This document shows, one piece after another, positions 51,533 to 61,065 of a stretch of DNA of 64,000 nt. Both the position numbers and the translations under genes were made by a program. Source of the DNA: Acidobacteriota bacterium (lineage in GTDB: Bacteria > Acidobacteriota > UBA6911 > RPQK01 > JAJDTT01); NCBI GenBank assembly GCA_965209055.1, contig OZ242374.1, forward strand, positions 5,728,001 to 5,792,000, given 5' to 3'. The notes beneath the pieces are model-generated. The model saw only the letters and a list, made by a program, of their open reading frames with translations, did not search any database and was not told the origin of the DNA. The first letter of the stretch is position 1. Each line of letters starts with the position of its first letter.

Positions 51533-52099
51533 ATGGGACACAAGCTGGTCTGGACGTTACTGACCCTCCTGGCTCTGGCCGCCGCCGAGGCCGGGGCGCA
51601 AAAGAGATTCGAACCCCCGATGCGCCTGGGGGTCCCGTTTCCCGCGGCGTGGAAGGCCATGCTGGAAGTCCTGCAGCGCGAGGAATGGGAGCTGGTCAAG
51701 AAGGACAGGGGCAGGGGCGAGATCGTGACCGGATACCGGAATTACATGTCGGGTCCCTTGACGGCCGGCCATCTCGACAAGATCGGAGTCCGTCCCCGGC
51801 TGCCTGACGGGGAGTGGGTTCGGGTCCGCTACCGTTACGATCTGTCGGTGAGCCTGATCCGGGAGCGCCAGACCATGGTCACCGTCGACAGTGACATCCA
51901 GGCACTCAAACGTGATTTTCTGGGCCGTGAGGAGTGGGTGGAAATCGATTCCACCGGCCGGGTGGAGAAGCAGTTGCTGACCGCATTCGGACAAACCCTG
52001 TACGGCGCCGACTTTTCCCTGGACAAGCGCCGCAAGGGTATTCTGGGGCTGCCTCCCATCGGGGAGGGCCGCGCGCCGGCGAAGCCGCCCGGAAATTAA
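51533..52099 (+). CDS. Secreted hypothetical protein
   Basis: Signal peptide ending AGA-Q; co-oriented with neighbours; plausible coding frame. Confidence 0.65.
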   Translation: MGHKLVWTLLTLLALAAAEAGAQKRFEPPMRLGVPFPAAWKAMLEVLQREEWELVKKDRGRGEIVTGYRNYMSGPLTAGHLDKIGVRPRLPDGEWVRVRYRYDLSVSLIRERQTMVTVDSDIQALKRDFLGREEWVEIDSTGRVEKQLLTAFGQTLYGADFSLDKRRKGILGLPPIGEGRAPAKPPGN

Positions 52100-52241
52100 A
52101 GGGAAGTAAAACCAGAGACGCCGGCGCGATCATGGCGGCGGCGCGTGTTCGCCGGGAGCAGGTTTTCGCGGACGACACCTTGGTTCGCGATTCCGCACCG
52201 GTCCAAGGCGTCAAGACTTTTTCCACGACTGCTGAAATCCG

Positions 52242-52910
52242 ATGGATCATCCCGTCCTGCGAATCATGGACTTTCCCCTTCAGGTCGCTCTCTGGGTCTT
52301 CCTCGTCTCCTTCCTGATATTCCTGCTGGTGGTCCGATATCGCATCCGCGCCCGAAAATTCAGCCTCAAGGACTATTTCCGTGAGGAGTTCGATCGATAC
52401 TACCGGGAGAAACTCGAAGAGACCTCCGGCAAGCCGGGCCCGACCGAACCCTGGACCGCCACCCGGAACGAGTTCCGCATCGTCTTCCAGGTCATGCTGT
52501 TTTCCATCCTGCTGGCCGTCGGCTCCTTCGTGGGTGCGAGCTTCGTGCCCATCCCCTACCTCAAGAACTGGACCGGGGTCGAGTCCATCGAAACGGCGCC
52601 TCTGAGACTGGTCGCCCTCTCCTATGATCGGTTCTTTACGGGATTCTCCCTCAAGGGGGAGATCTGGAATCAGGGACAGCTTCCTCTCAAAGGAATCTCG
52701 GCGCGCGTCCGGATCTGGGGACAGGATGACGAGCTGCTGGAAGAAATCATGGCAAAGGTGAAGCCGGACGTGTTGGGTCCCGAGTCTTCGGGCAGTTTCG
52801 ACATGAAATTCTCGCAGAAGTCCCCTTCCCAGCTCTACGGGTACGAGGTGGCCTTCGTCGATCCCGACGGTGTCGAGACGCCGCACATCCGGGGATTCGA
52901 TGCCCCCTAG
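52242..52910 (+). CDS. Hypothetical membrane protein (two TM helices plus periplasmic beta-rich domain)
   Basis: Two hydrophobic segments; C-terminal GEIWN.G...LGPESSGSF beta-sandwich-like region. Confidence 0.65.
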   Translation: MDHPVLRIMDFPLQVALWVFLVSFLIFLLVVRYRIRARKFSLKDYFREEFDRYYREKLEETSGKPGPTEPWTATRNEFRIVFQVMLFSILLAVGSFVGASFVPIPYLKNWTGVESIETAPLRLVALSYDRFFTGFSLKGEIWNQGQLPLKGISARVRIWGQDDELLEEIMAKVKPDVLGPESSGSFDMKFSQKSPSQLYGYEVAFVDPDGVETPHIRGFDAP

Positions 52911-53151
52911 TCCGCATTTCTCACCAGGGGGCGTGACGATCGCGCAGGATTTTCGCCCTCAGCGCGTGCTCGCGACCGAGAGCATAGTGGTGACTACGTT
53001 TGAGGGAGCATGTGCGCGCTGAGGGAGAAAAGACCAGCGAGCGCGCGCCCAGCGCAGTCTGTCGTAGAGGAACTTTGGGAAAATTCGCGCAAATGTTCAA
53101 AAGTAGGTTCTTTTTCTTCACGTCGTAGCGGCCTGGTGAGAAATGCGGGCT
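52909..53151. mobile_element. MITE-like palindromic element (~243 bp)
   Basis: Perfect 17-bp inverted repeat CCGCATTTCTCACCAGG (52912-52928) / CCTGGTGAGAAATGCGG (53132-53148), extendable to 19/20. Internal IR at 52950-52966 / 53015-53031 (16/17). Confidence 0.75.
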
Positions 53152-54906
53152 GAGCCAGCCGGAGCCGGTCGAGCGTGGGCCCTGGCCACCTTGATCCCCT
53201 ACCTGAGGCAATACCGCGCCCGCATCGCGACCGGTGTCGTGATGGTCCTCATGACCAATGTGGCGGTGGTCGTCACGCCCCAGGTCCTGGGATGGGCGGT
53301 CGATGATCTCACCGAGGGAGCCGACGCCGGCCTCCTGCTCCGCTACGCCGGACTGCTGCTGGCCTTGAGCTGTGCCGAGGGCCTTTTCCGATACCTGATG
53401 AGGTGGATTCTCATCGGCGTCTCCCGACGGATCGAATTCGACCTGCGCAACGACCTCTTCCGGCACCTGCAGCGGCTGACCCCCTCCTTCTACCAGCGGC
53501 ATTCCACGGGAGACGTGATGGCGCGGTCCACCAACGACCTGGGCGCCGTTCGAATGGTGCTGGGACCGGGCATCATGTACTCGGTCAACACCCTGTTCAT
53601 GGTCCTGCTGACCGTCACCATACTGATTCGAACCGACGCCGGCCTGGCCCTTCTCACCCTGGCCCCCCTCCTGCTGGTCTCCTACTGCGTCAAGTTCTTC
53701 GGGCGCAAGATCCACCAGAGATTCGAAAAGATCCAGGAACAGTTCTCGATGCTGACGACCCTGGTTCAGGAGAACGTCTCGGGAATCCGGGTCGTCAAGG
53801 CCTACAACCAGGAGTCCGCCTTCGTCAACCGGTTTCGAGACGCCAACCGGGAATACATGAAGCGGAGCATGGCCCTGGTCAAAGTCTGGGGGGTCTTCTA
53901 TCCCCTACTCGCATTCCTGTTGGGCCTTTCGGCCGTCTTTCTCCTCTGGTACGGAGGACGGCAGGTCATGGACGGAGCGCTGTCTCTCGGCGCCCTGGTC
54001 TCATTCATCTTCTATCTGGCCCGTCTGACCTGGCCCACCATCGCCCTGGGATGGGTCATCAACACCTTCGAGCGGGGGTCGGCGTCCATGGGCAGGATCA
54101 ACCGGATCCTGGCGACCCAACCGGACGTGCTGGACGATGGCGGCCTTCCGGCCGAGGCCGTCGAAGGCCGGGTGGAAGTCAAAAACCTCACCTTTTCCTA
54201 CAACGGGACACCGGTTTTGAAAAACCTGGAATTCGAGCTTCCCGCGGGCGACACACTCGCCATCGTGGGCAGCACCGGAAGCGGAAAATCCACCTTGGTG
54301 CATCTGCTCTGCCGCCTTTACCCGGTGCCCAGGGGACGGATCCTCATCGACGGCAGGGATGTCAACGACATTTCCCTGACCCACCTGCGCAGGAGCATCG
54401 GCTGCGTTCCCCAGGACACGTTCCTCTTTTCCGAATCGATCCGGGACAACCTGGCGTTCGGAGCACCGGACGCCTCCGACCAAGCCATCCGGGAGGCTGC
54501 GCACACCAGCAACATCCTGGGAGAGATTCAACGCTTCCCCGACCGGATGGCCACTTTCGTGGGTGAGAGAGGCCTGACCCTCTCCGGTGGACAGAAACAA
54601 CGGATGACCATTGCGAGAGCGCTCCTGACGGACCCCAGGATCCTGGTTCTGGACGACTCGCTCTCCAGCGTCGACACCTACACGGAGGAGGAGATCCTGA
54701 AGCGGCTCGCTCCCGTCATCGCCGGAAGAACCACCATCCTCATCTCCCACCGCATCTCGACGGTCAAGGGGGCGGACCAGATCCTGGTGTTGGAACGGGG
54801 ACGAATCGTGCAGAAAGGAAGGCACCGCGAGTTGCTCCGGACCGCGGGTCCCTACGCCGAAATGCACCGAAAGCAGTTGCTGGAGCAGGAGCTGGGAATC
54901 GCATGA
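53143..54906 (+). CDS. ABC exporter, fused permease/ATPase (MdlA/YheI-like)
   Basis: TMD plus GSTGSGKST, LSGGQKQR, ILVLDD (degenerate Walker B). Confidence 0.92.
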   Translation: MRAEPAGAGRAWALATLIPYLRQYRARIATGVVMVLMTNVAVVVTPQVLGWAVDDLTEGADAGLLLRYAGLLLALSCAEGLFRYLMRWILIGVSRRIEFDLRNDLFRHLQRLTPSFYQRHSTGDVMARSTNDLGAVRMVLGPGIMYSVNTLFMVLLTVTILIRTDAGLALLTLAPLLLVSYCVKFFGRKIHQRFEKIQEQFSMLTTLVQENVSGIRVVKAYNQESAFVNRFRDANREYMKRSMALVKVWGVFYPLLAFLLGLSAVFLLWYGGRQVMDGALSLGALVSFIFYLARLTWPTIALGWVINTFERGSASMGRINRILATQPDVLDDGGLPAEAVEGRVEVKNLTFSYNGTPVLKNLEFELPAGDTLAIVGSTGSGKSTLVHLLCRLYPVPRGRILIDGRDVNDISLTHLRRSIGCVPQDTFLFSESIRDNLAFGAPDASDQAIREAAHTSNILGEIQRFPDRMATFVGERGLTLSGGQKQRMTIARALLTDPRILVLDDSLSSVDTYTEEEILKRLAPVIAGRTTILISHRISTVKGADQILVLERGRIVQKGRHRELLRTAGPYAEMHRKQLLEQELGIA

Positions 54907-56696
54907 TCGAGTACGACCAGGACGAGATCCTGGGCCGGGTCTACGACGGGCGATTGGCGCGGCGGATGCTGGGATATCTTCATCCCTACCGCTGGGTCGT
55001 GGGCGCGTCGGTCGCGCTGCTCCTGCTGGTGTCGGCCCTGCAACTGGCGGGTCCGCTCCTGACCCTGATCGCCATCGACGACCACATCCGCGTCGGCGAC
55101 CGGACCGGGCTCACCTATCTGGCGCTGCTCTACCTGGGCCTCCTGATTCTGCAATTCGGCTTCACTTTCGCACAGACCTGGCTGATGAACTGGACCGGGC
55201 AGCGGGTCATGCACGATCTGAGGGTCCAGATCTTCCGTCACGTCCAGACGTTGCACGTCGGCTATTTCGACAGGAATCCGGTGGGTCGCCTGATCACCCG
55301 CGTGACCAACGACGTGGACGTGCTCAACGAGCTCTTCACGGCGGGCGTGGTGAGCATCTTCGGGGATATCTTCCTGCTGGGCGGCATCGTGACGGTCATG
55401 CTCTGGCGGGATTGGCAATTGGCCCTGGTCACCTTCTCCGTCCTGCCTCTCATCTTCGTGGCCACCATGATCTTCAAGATCAAGGTTCGAGGATCCTATC
55501 GATGGGTCCGGGCCTGCGTGGTCAAGATCAACGCCTTCCTTCAGGAGAACATCACCGGCATGCCGGTGGTGCAGGTCTTCGTCCAGGAAGACCGCAAGTT
55601 CGGCCAGTTCCGGGAACGGAACCGGGAGCACCTGCAGGCCAATATTCAATCCATCTTCTACTACGCCATCTTCTATCCGGTGATCAACCTGGTGGGCGCG
55701 CTGGCCATCGCCCTGATCCTCTGGTACGGAGGCGGCCGCGTGCTGGACGGAGTCCTGACCCTGGGCACGCTCGTGGCCTTCCTTCAGTATTCGGAGCGCT
55801 TCTTCAAGCCCATCAGCGACCTGAGCGAAAAGTTCAACATCCTGCAGAGCGCCATGGCCAGCTCGGAGCGGATCTTCAAGCTCCTGGACACGCGGGCCCA
55901 GGTTCGGCCTCCGTCGAAACCCACACCGCTGCCGCCGGGCGGCGGGGCCATCGAGTTCCGCAACGTGACGTTCGCCTACAAGGAAGATACGCCGGTCCTG
56001 CGAAACCTGAGCCTGAGGATTGCCCCTGGCGAACGAGTGGCCATCGTGGGACCCACCGGTGCGGGAAAGACCACTCTCATCAACCTGATCTGCAGGTTTT
56101 ACGACGTCCGGAACGGGGGCATTCTCATCGACGGAATCCCCATCGCCCACCTGGACCCGGGGGAACTGAGGCGCAGGATGGCGGTCGTGCTCCAGGATGT
56201 CTTTCTCTTCAGCGGCACCATCGAAGAGAACGTCCGGCTCTGGAGGGCTCCCATCGACCGGCCCCAAGTGACGGAGGCGGTGCGCCACGTCAATGCCCTG
56301 GACTTCATCCGGGAGAAACCGCGGGGACTCGACTCGCCGGTGACCGAAAGGGGCGCGTCGTTGTCCGTGGGACAGAGGCAGCTGTTGGCCTTCGCCCGGG
56401 CCCTGGCTCACGACCCCAGAATCCTGATCCTGGACGAGGCCACCTCGTCGGTCGACACGGAGACCGAGATTCTCATCCAGGACGCGTTGAACACGCTCAT
56501 GGAGGGACGAACCTCCATCGTCATCGCCCACCGCCTCTCCACCATCCAGAACTGCGACCGCATCGTCGTTCTCCGCCAGGGCAGAATCGAGGAAGAAGGC
56601 ACCCATCAGGAACTGCTCAAGCTGCGGGGGCTCTATTACAAGTTGTACCAGCTCCAGTACCAGGATGAGGCAATAGGCGTCGGCAGTGAGGCGTGA
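54903..56696 (+). CDS. ABC exporter, fused permease/ATPase (MdlB/YheH-like)
   Basis: TMD plus GPTGAGKTT, LSVGQRQL, ILILDEATS, IAHRLST; partner of the upstream gene. Confidence 0.93.
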   Translation: MIEYDQDEILGRVYDGRLARRMLGYLHPYRWVVGASVALLLLVSALQLAGPLLTLIAIDDHIRVGDRTGLTYLALLYLGLLILQFGFTFAQTWLMNWTGQRVMHDLRVQIFRHVQTLHVGYFDRNPVGRLITRVTNDVDVLNELFTAGVVSIFGDIFLLGGIVTVMLWRDWQLALVTFSVLPLIFVATMIFKIKVRGSYRWVRACVVKINAFLQENITGMPVVQVFVQEDRKFGQFRERNREHLQANIQSIFYYAIFYPVINLVGALAIALILWYGGGRVLDGVLTLGTLVAFLQYSERFFKPISDLSEKFNILQSAMASSERIFKLLDTRAQVRPPSKPTPLPPGGGAIEFRNVTFAYKEDTPVLRNLSLRIAPGERVAIVGPTGAGKTTLINLICRFYDVRNGGILIDGIPIAHLDPGELRRRMAVVLQDVFLFSGTIEENVRLWRAPIDRPQVTEAVRHVNALDFIREKPRGLDSPVTERGASLSVGQRQLLAFARALAHDPRILILDEATSSVDTETEILIQDALNTLMEGRTSIVIAHRLSTIQNCDRIVVLRQGRIEEEGTHQELLKLRGLYYKLYQLQYQDEAIGVGSEA

Positions 56697-56713
56697 GAGA
56701 AGATCGAGGGGTA

Positions 56714-58153
56714 CTAGCTGGCGCCGCGGCCCCAGACGACGGCCGGGATGGTCTTGAGCAGAATCCAGAGATCGAGCTTCAAGGACCACTGGTCGATGTA
56801 TTGGAGATCCAGCTTCATCCATTTCTGGAAATTCAGTTCGTTGCGGCCGGAGATCTGCCAGAGGCAGGTGATGCCCGGCTTGACGCTCAGCCGCCGCCGC
56901 TGACTCCGGGAATAGTGGCGGACCTCCTCGGGCAACGGCGCCCGGGGGCCGACCAGGCTCATCTCGCCTCTCACCACATTGGCCAGTTGCGGCAGTTCGT
57001 CGATGCTGTACCTGCGCAGAATGCGCCCCACGGGAGTCACCCGGGGATCTTTGCGCATCTTGAACACCGGGCCGTCCATCTCATTGAGATGCCGGATCTC
57101 CCGGAGCTGGTCTTCGGCTCCCTCCACCATGGTGCGAAATTTGACCAGGCTGAACTCCCGGCCGTAGAGACCGCGCCTGACCTGGCGGTAGAAAACCGAT
57201 CCGGATGAGGTGAACTTGATCAGCGCCATGGTCAGGAGCATGAATGGAGCCGCCAGCGCCAACAGAGCCGAGGCCAGCACGCAATCCATGACCCTCTTGA
57301 CCACCAGGGCCACGCTCTGATCCGGGGCCGTAGAGAAGGTGATGAGGGGAAGCTCCTCCAGATAATCGAGCGATAGTCTGGAAATGGAGGTGGGGAAAAA
57401 GTCCGCGGCGATCCGGGTCCGGATTCCGAGCTCCTCGCAGAATCCAAGCACCTCCTGAAACTGCCGGGTGTCCTCCGGCTGTGCGCCCACGAATATGATC
57501 TCGTCCACCACCAGACGGTCCATGAGCAGGCCGGGAAGATCCTCCAGCGAGCCCAGGATCCGGATTCCGGAAACCTCTTTCCATGGTTCATCAGGGGCCA
57601 GGTGTCCGACGACACGGTAGCCCCACTTTCGGAACCGGCCCAGCACCTGGCTGACAGACTTGGCCCGGGAGTCGATTCCCACGATCAGGATCCTGACCTG
57701 ATGGTGCTCGTTGACGTTCCGGGTCCTCAAGATCCAATGCAGCACAATGCGGTTCAAACCCAGGAAAAGACCCGAGAGTCCGATGAAGACGAAAAAGACG
57801 GGCCGGCTGACATCCACGTTGAAGACGAAGACGAAGAAGCCCACGGCGAGACCCGCGGCGCAGACGAAGCGGCCGATGCGGAACAGGTGCTGGGAGGCGG
57901 AGACCTGGTAGAAACGGGAGTACCGTTGGGTGATCCTGAGGATGGGAATCCAAATCGGCAATACGGCCAGCAGATAGAGCAGATAGTGGGAATAGGGCAG
58001 CAGTTTCGGATGGAATGCGGGCGCGATGGAGGCCGGCGCCCATTCCACAAGAATGGACCGGGAGAAATAGGCCAGGGTCAAGGCCAGAAAGGCCACGGCG
58101 ATGTCCGCTGCCTGAAGCAGGTTGCCGTAGACTTGAGACTGGCGATCGAACAT
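56714..58153 (-). CDS. Polyprenyl-phosphate sugar phosphotransferase (WcaJ/WbaP-like)
   Basis: N-terminal TMs; KRVMD, KFRTM, DPRVT, DELPQL, MSLVGPR, KPGITCLWQ. Confidence 0.93.
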   Translation of the reverse strand: MFDRQSQVYGNLLQAADIAVAFLALTLAYFSRSILVEWAPASIAPAFHPKLLPYSHYLLYLLAVLPIWIPILRITQRYSRFYQVSASQHLFRIGRFVCAAGLAVGFFVFVFNVDVSRPVFFVFIGLSGLFLGLNRIVLHWILRTRNVNEHHQVRILIVGIDSRAKSVSQVLGRFRKWGYRVVGHLAPDEPWKEVSGIRILGSLEDLPGLLMDRLVVDEIIFVGAQPEDTRQFQEVLGFCEELGIRTRIAADFFPTSISRLSLDYLEELPLITFSTAPDQSVALVVKRVMDCVLASALLALAAPFMLLTMALIKFTSSGSVFYRQVRRGLYGREFSLVKFRTMVEGAEDQLREIRHLNEMDGPVFKMRKDPRVTPVGRILRRYSIDELPQLANVVRGEMSLVGPRAPLPEEVRHYSRSQRRRLSVKPGITCLWQISGRNELNFQKWMKLDLQYIDQWSLKLDLWILLKTIPAVVWGRGAS

Positions 58154-58212
58154 CTCGGTGTCGTCCCCGCACCGGCCGGCCGGACCTGACCGGGAGTCGG
58201 CGGTCGTTCAAT

Positions 58213-58923
58213 TCAGCAATCGGCCAAGTCCCCGATCCGGGGAGGCCGGGCCATGAGGAAACCCTCCGCCAGGGAGCATCCTACTAGAGTCCCCACGTGC
58301 ATGTGGAAACTCCGGATCCGTTCCAGGAACGTGGGATCGCTGAGATAGGTGGCGGGCTCGCGCGAATCCGGACGATGCAACTGGGACGCGAAGGCCTTCA
58401 AAGCGTGCTCCTTCTGCTCGTAGTGGTCCGATATGTCCACGCCGACGTGGGGCACGACCGGTTCATCGAAATGGGTCCAGTAGGCGATCCGCCGCGGACG
58501 GAATCGCTGTTGCGACGTGTCGATGGCCGCCAGGCCGGCGTGATGAACCGCCTCCTCGACCAGGATGGAAGCCTTGCCATGGTCCGGGTGGCCCCATTTG
58601 GAGTGTGTCAGGACCAGTTTGGGCCGGCACTTCCGGATCACTCGAATCAACGCCAACCGGCTCTCTTCATCGGGACTCAGGTTCCCGTCCCTCAGGCCCA
58701 GGTTCAGCCGGAAGTCCAGACCCAGGAGAGCAGCCGCGCGGCGGGATTCCAGGGCCCGGGTCTCCATGGTGCCGCGGGTTCCCAGTTCGCCGCGCGTCAG
58801 ATCCACGACGCCCGTGCGGCGGCCCAGCGACTTCAGGCGAAGCAGAGTCCCGCCGCAACCCAACTCGACGTCGTCGGGATGCGCCCCCACGGCGAGAACG
58901 TCGACTGGCCTGGGTTCAAACAT
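58213..58923 (-). CDS. bshB1: Bacillithiol biosynthesis deacetylase (PIG-L family)
   Basis: GAHPDDVELGCGGT, DLTRGELGTRG, HPDH; adjacent to bshC. Confidence 0.88.
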   Translation of the reverse strand: MFEPRPVDVLAVGAHPDDVELGCGGTLLRLKSLGRRTGVVDLTRGELGTRGTMETRALESRRAAALLGLDFRLNLGLRDGNLSPDEESRLALIRVIRKCRPKLVLTHSKWGHPDHGKASILVEEAVHHAGLAAIDTSQQRFRPRRIAYWTHFDEPVVPHVGVDISDHYEQKEHALKAFASQLHRPDSREPATYLSDPTFLERIRSFHMHVGTLVGCSLAEGFLMARPPRIGDLADC

Positions 58924-60556
58924 GGATCACCTGGTGGTCCATGCAGAAAGGATCGATCGTTTCCAACAGGCCGTCGATGAACCCGGGCCCCTCCTCCATC
59001 AGGAATTGGTTGAAGTTGACGACCCGTTCCTGCAGCTTTCCCTGAGGATGAAGACGGGTCTGGAGATGGTCCAGATGGCGGCCGGCGACGCCGTCGCGGG
59101 TCCGGTAGTTTTCCAGGAATCGCTTCTCCACCCTTTCCATCTGATAGAAGACTCGTTTCCAAGCCCGGGGGACCATCTTGCCGAGACTCGGGTCCACGCG
59201 GACAATGTCCCCCTGCAGCCGGGTCAGGCTCTCCCGAACCACGTCGGCAACCCGGTCGAACTCGTCCAGGACCTGCTTTGATGCTCCGGTCCTGGCGACG
59301 CGTTGGGTGATGCGGGAGGCACCCAGGGAGAGCAGCTCGACCAGATCCAGCGAGTGCTTCTTCAGCAGCCGCTGGGACTTCCGGTCCACTACCGTGACCC
59401 CGGCCCTGGGAAACACGCAGCATTGAATCTTCCAGTAGGGACTGATGGCGCCGACCTGGCTGAAGTAGGCGACCTCCGCCGGCCCTCCTACGTAGGCCAC
59501 GGTAGGGAACAGATGATCCTGAATGATGGGCCGCAACAACACGTTGGGACCGAACTCTCCGGTTCCGGTTCGTATCCGGTCCAGCAGTTCCTCCGCCGGC
59601 AGCCGGAGAGTGCGGCTTCCGCGACTCCAATAGGCTCCCGACCGGTAGTCCAACTTGTAACGCCGTCTCTCCTCGAGCCAGAAGAGGAGTGATTCGGAGC
59701 CCTCCACAGGCACCTGCGCCCGGTGACCTTCCGCCTCCAGCTCCCGGCCGCGGGCCTGCAGGGAGCGGATCAGACACTTCCGCTCCACGACCGCCGTCTC
59801 GAAGACCGGTCTCAACGCATCCTTGTATCCGGAGTGGAGCGCGTCGAAGAGAATGAGTCCCTGGTTTCGAAAGAGGCGGCCGAGCCACCGGCCCTGGGCA
59901 TCGGTAAAGAACGTACCGGGCGCGTAGGCCGATTCGAGGGTCCGGAGGACCTCTTCCCGATATTCGGAAACGGGAGCGCCGTCCTGGAGCCTCTTCAGGG
60001 GATCACCGGTCGCTTCCAACGAAACCGTGCCCACCATGGTCGCCGAAGGGGGGGAGGGACCGGAATACCCCAGCCGAAGCAGCGATCCTTGCGGATCGAA
60101 AAAGGCCGTGGAACGGGACTCCAGAAAATCGGAGTCGTCGGAAGGAAGCCAGAAGACGGGAACCGCCGCGTACCCTCCCGCCTCCAGGATCCGGGCCAGG
60201 CTCACGGCGGTCAGCGCCTTGTAGACGGAGAGGGCCGGTCCGCCGAACAGGCCCAGTTGTTGGCCCGTGACTACGGCCACGGTCCCGGGATCCCGCAGCT
60301 TCTCGATGTTCTCGCGGGTAGAGGAGCCCGAGCCCACCCGGGCATTGAAATCGAGGAGCATCCGGACGAGGGCCTCACGGGGCAACCGGGAGTCCCGTTT
60401 TCGCGCGGCCTCGGCTCTCTCACCCAGAGCCTCCGGACCCGTGTGCGCCGTTCCGGCCGGATAGAGGGGCGCGACCTGGTCGAAATCGTACAGATACTGG
60501 AGAAATAGCCGACTCTGCCCCGGCAACCGGCGGCGGTCGAGACGATCGAGTCTCAT
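58916..60556 (-). CDS. bshC: Bacillithiol biosynthesis cysteine-adding enzyme
   Basis: VVTGQQLGLFGGP..VYK, PVFW...DD.DF.E, PNVLLRP, YVGGPAEVAY, LQER. Confidence 0.93.
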   Translation of the reverse strand: MRLDRLDRRRLPGQSRLFLQYLYDFDQVAPLYPAGTAHTGPEALGERAEAARKRDSRLPREALVRMLLDFNARVGSGSSTRENIEKLRDPGTVAVVTGQQLGLFGGPALSVYKALTAVSLARILEAGGYAAVPVFWLPSDDSDFLESRSTAFFDPQGSLLRLGYSGPSPPSATMVGTVSLEATGDPLKRLQDGAPVSEYREEVLRTLESAYAPGTFFTDAQGRWLGRLFRNQGLILFDALHSGYKDALRPVFETAVVERKCLIRSLQARGRELEAEGHRAQVPVEGSESLLFWLEERRRYKLDYRSGAYWSRGSRTLRLPAEELLDRIRTGTGEFGPNVLLRPIIQDHLFPTVAYVGGPAEVAYFSQVGAISPYWKIQCCVFPRAGVTVVDRKSQRLLKKHSLDLVELLSLGASRITQRVARTGASKQVLDEFDRVADVVRESLTRLQGDIVRVDPSLGKMVPRAWKRVFYQMERVEKRFLENYRTRDGVAGRHLDHLQTRLHPQGKLQERVVNFNQFLMEEGPGFIDGLLETIDPFCMDHQVIHV

Positions 60557-60609
60557 GCGGCCGCCAGTTTAACAGCCCGTGGCAAGAGTCATCACCGACT
60601 GTCAAACCG

Positions 60610-60651
60610 AAAGTCCCGCGCGGCACCGGGACCGATGCCGCGCGGGACTTT
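60610..60651 (-). terminator. Intrinsic terminator hairpin downstream of comEA (possibly bidirectional)
   Basis: AAAGTCCCGCGCGGCA / TGCCGCGCGGGACTTT perfect 16-bp inverted repeat with T runs on both strands. Confidence 0.75.
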
Positions 60652-60725
60652 TATCAGGGACCGCCGGGTTCAGCGTCCTCGGAACCCCGCGCCTTGAGAA
60701 GACCGGAACGTTGCGGCACAGACCG

Positions 60726-61040
60726 CTACGGGCGCTTCGCCTGTTCCTTGGATGGAGTGGGGGTGGCCTTGACCATGATCCGGTCCCTGAGCCTCAGAAA
60801 AGTTTTCTCACCGATGCCCCGGACGTTCATCAGGTCTTCAATCCGCTTGAAGGCTCCGTTTTTCTCCCGGAACGCCACGATTCGCCTGGCGATTGCCGGT
60901 CCGACGCCGGGGAGAGCGTCCAACTCTTCCACCGTCGCCTGATTCAGATCCAGTTTGTCCGCAGCCGCCACATCCGGGCACCAGAGCCAGGGCATGGCCA
61001 TCAGCAAGGTCGAGAACAACAGAATCTTTCGCATGTGCAC
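60726..61040 (-). CDS. comEA: ComEA-family helix-hairpin-helix DNA-binding protein
   Basis: AAGGAGG RBS; signal peptide; LNQATVEELDALPGVGPAIARRIV..R...G.F..IEDL..VRGIG. Confidence 0.88.
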   Translation of the reverse strand: MHMRKILLFSTLLMAMPWLWCPDVAAADKLDLNQATVEELDALPGVGPAIARRIVAFREKNGAFKRIEDLMNVRGIGEKTFLRLRDRIMVKATPTPSKEQAKRP

Positions 61041-61065
61041 CTCCTTATGGGTTGTTATTTCGTTT

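Noticed and set aside
60610-60651. 16-bp perfect inverted repeat as a mobile-element end
   Set aside because: The short loop, T tails and position after comEA fit an intrinsic terminator.
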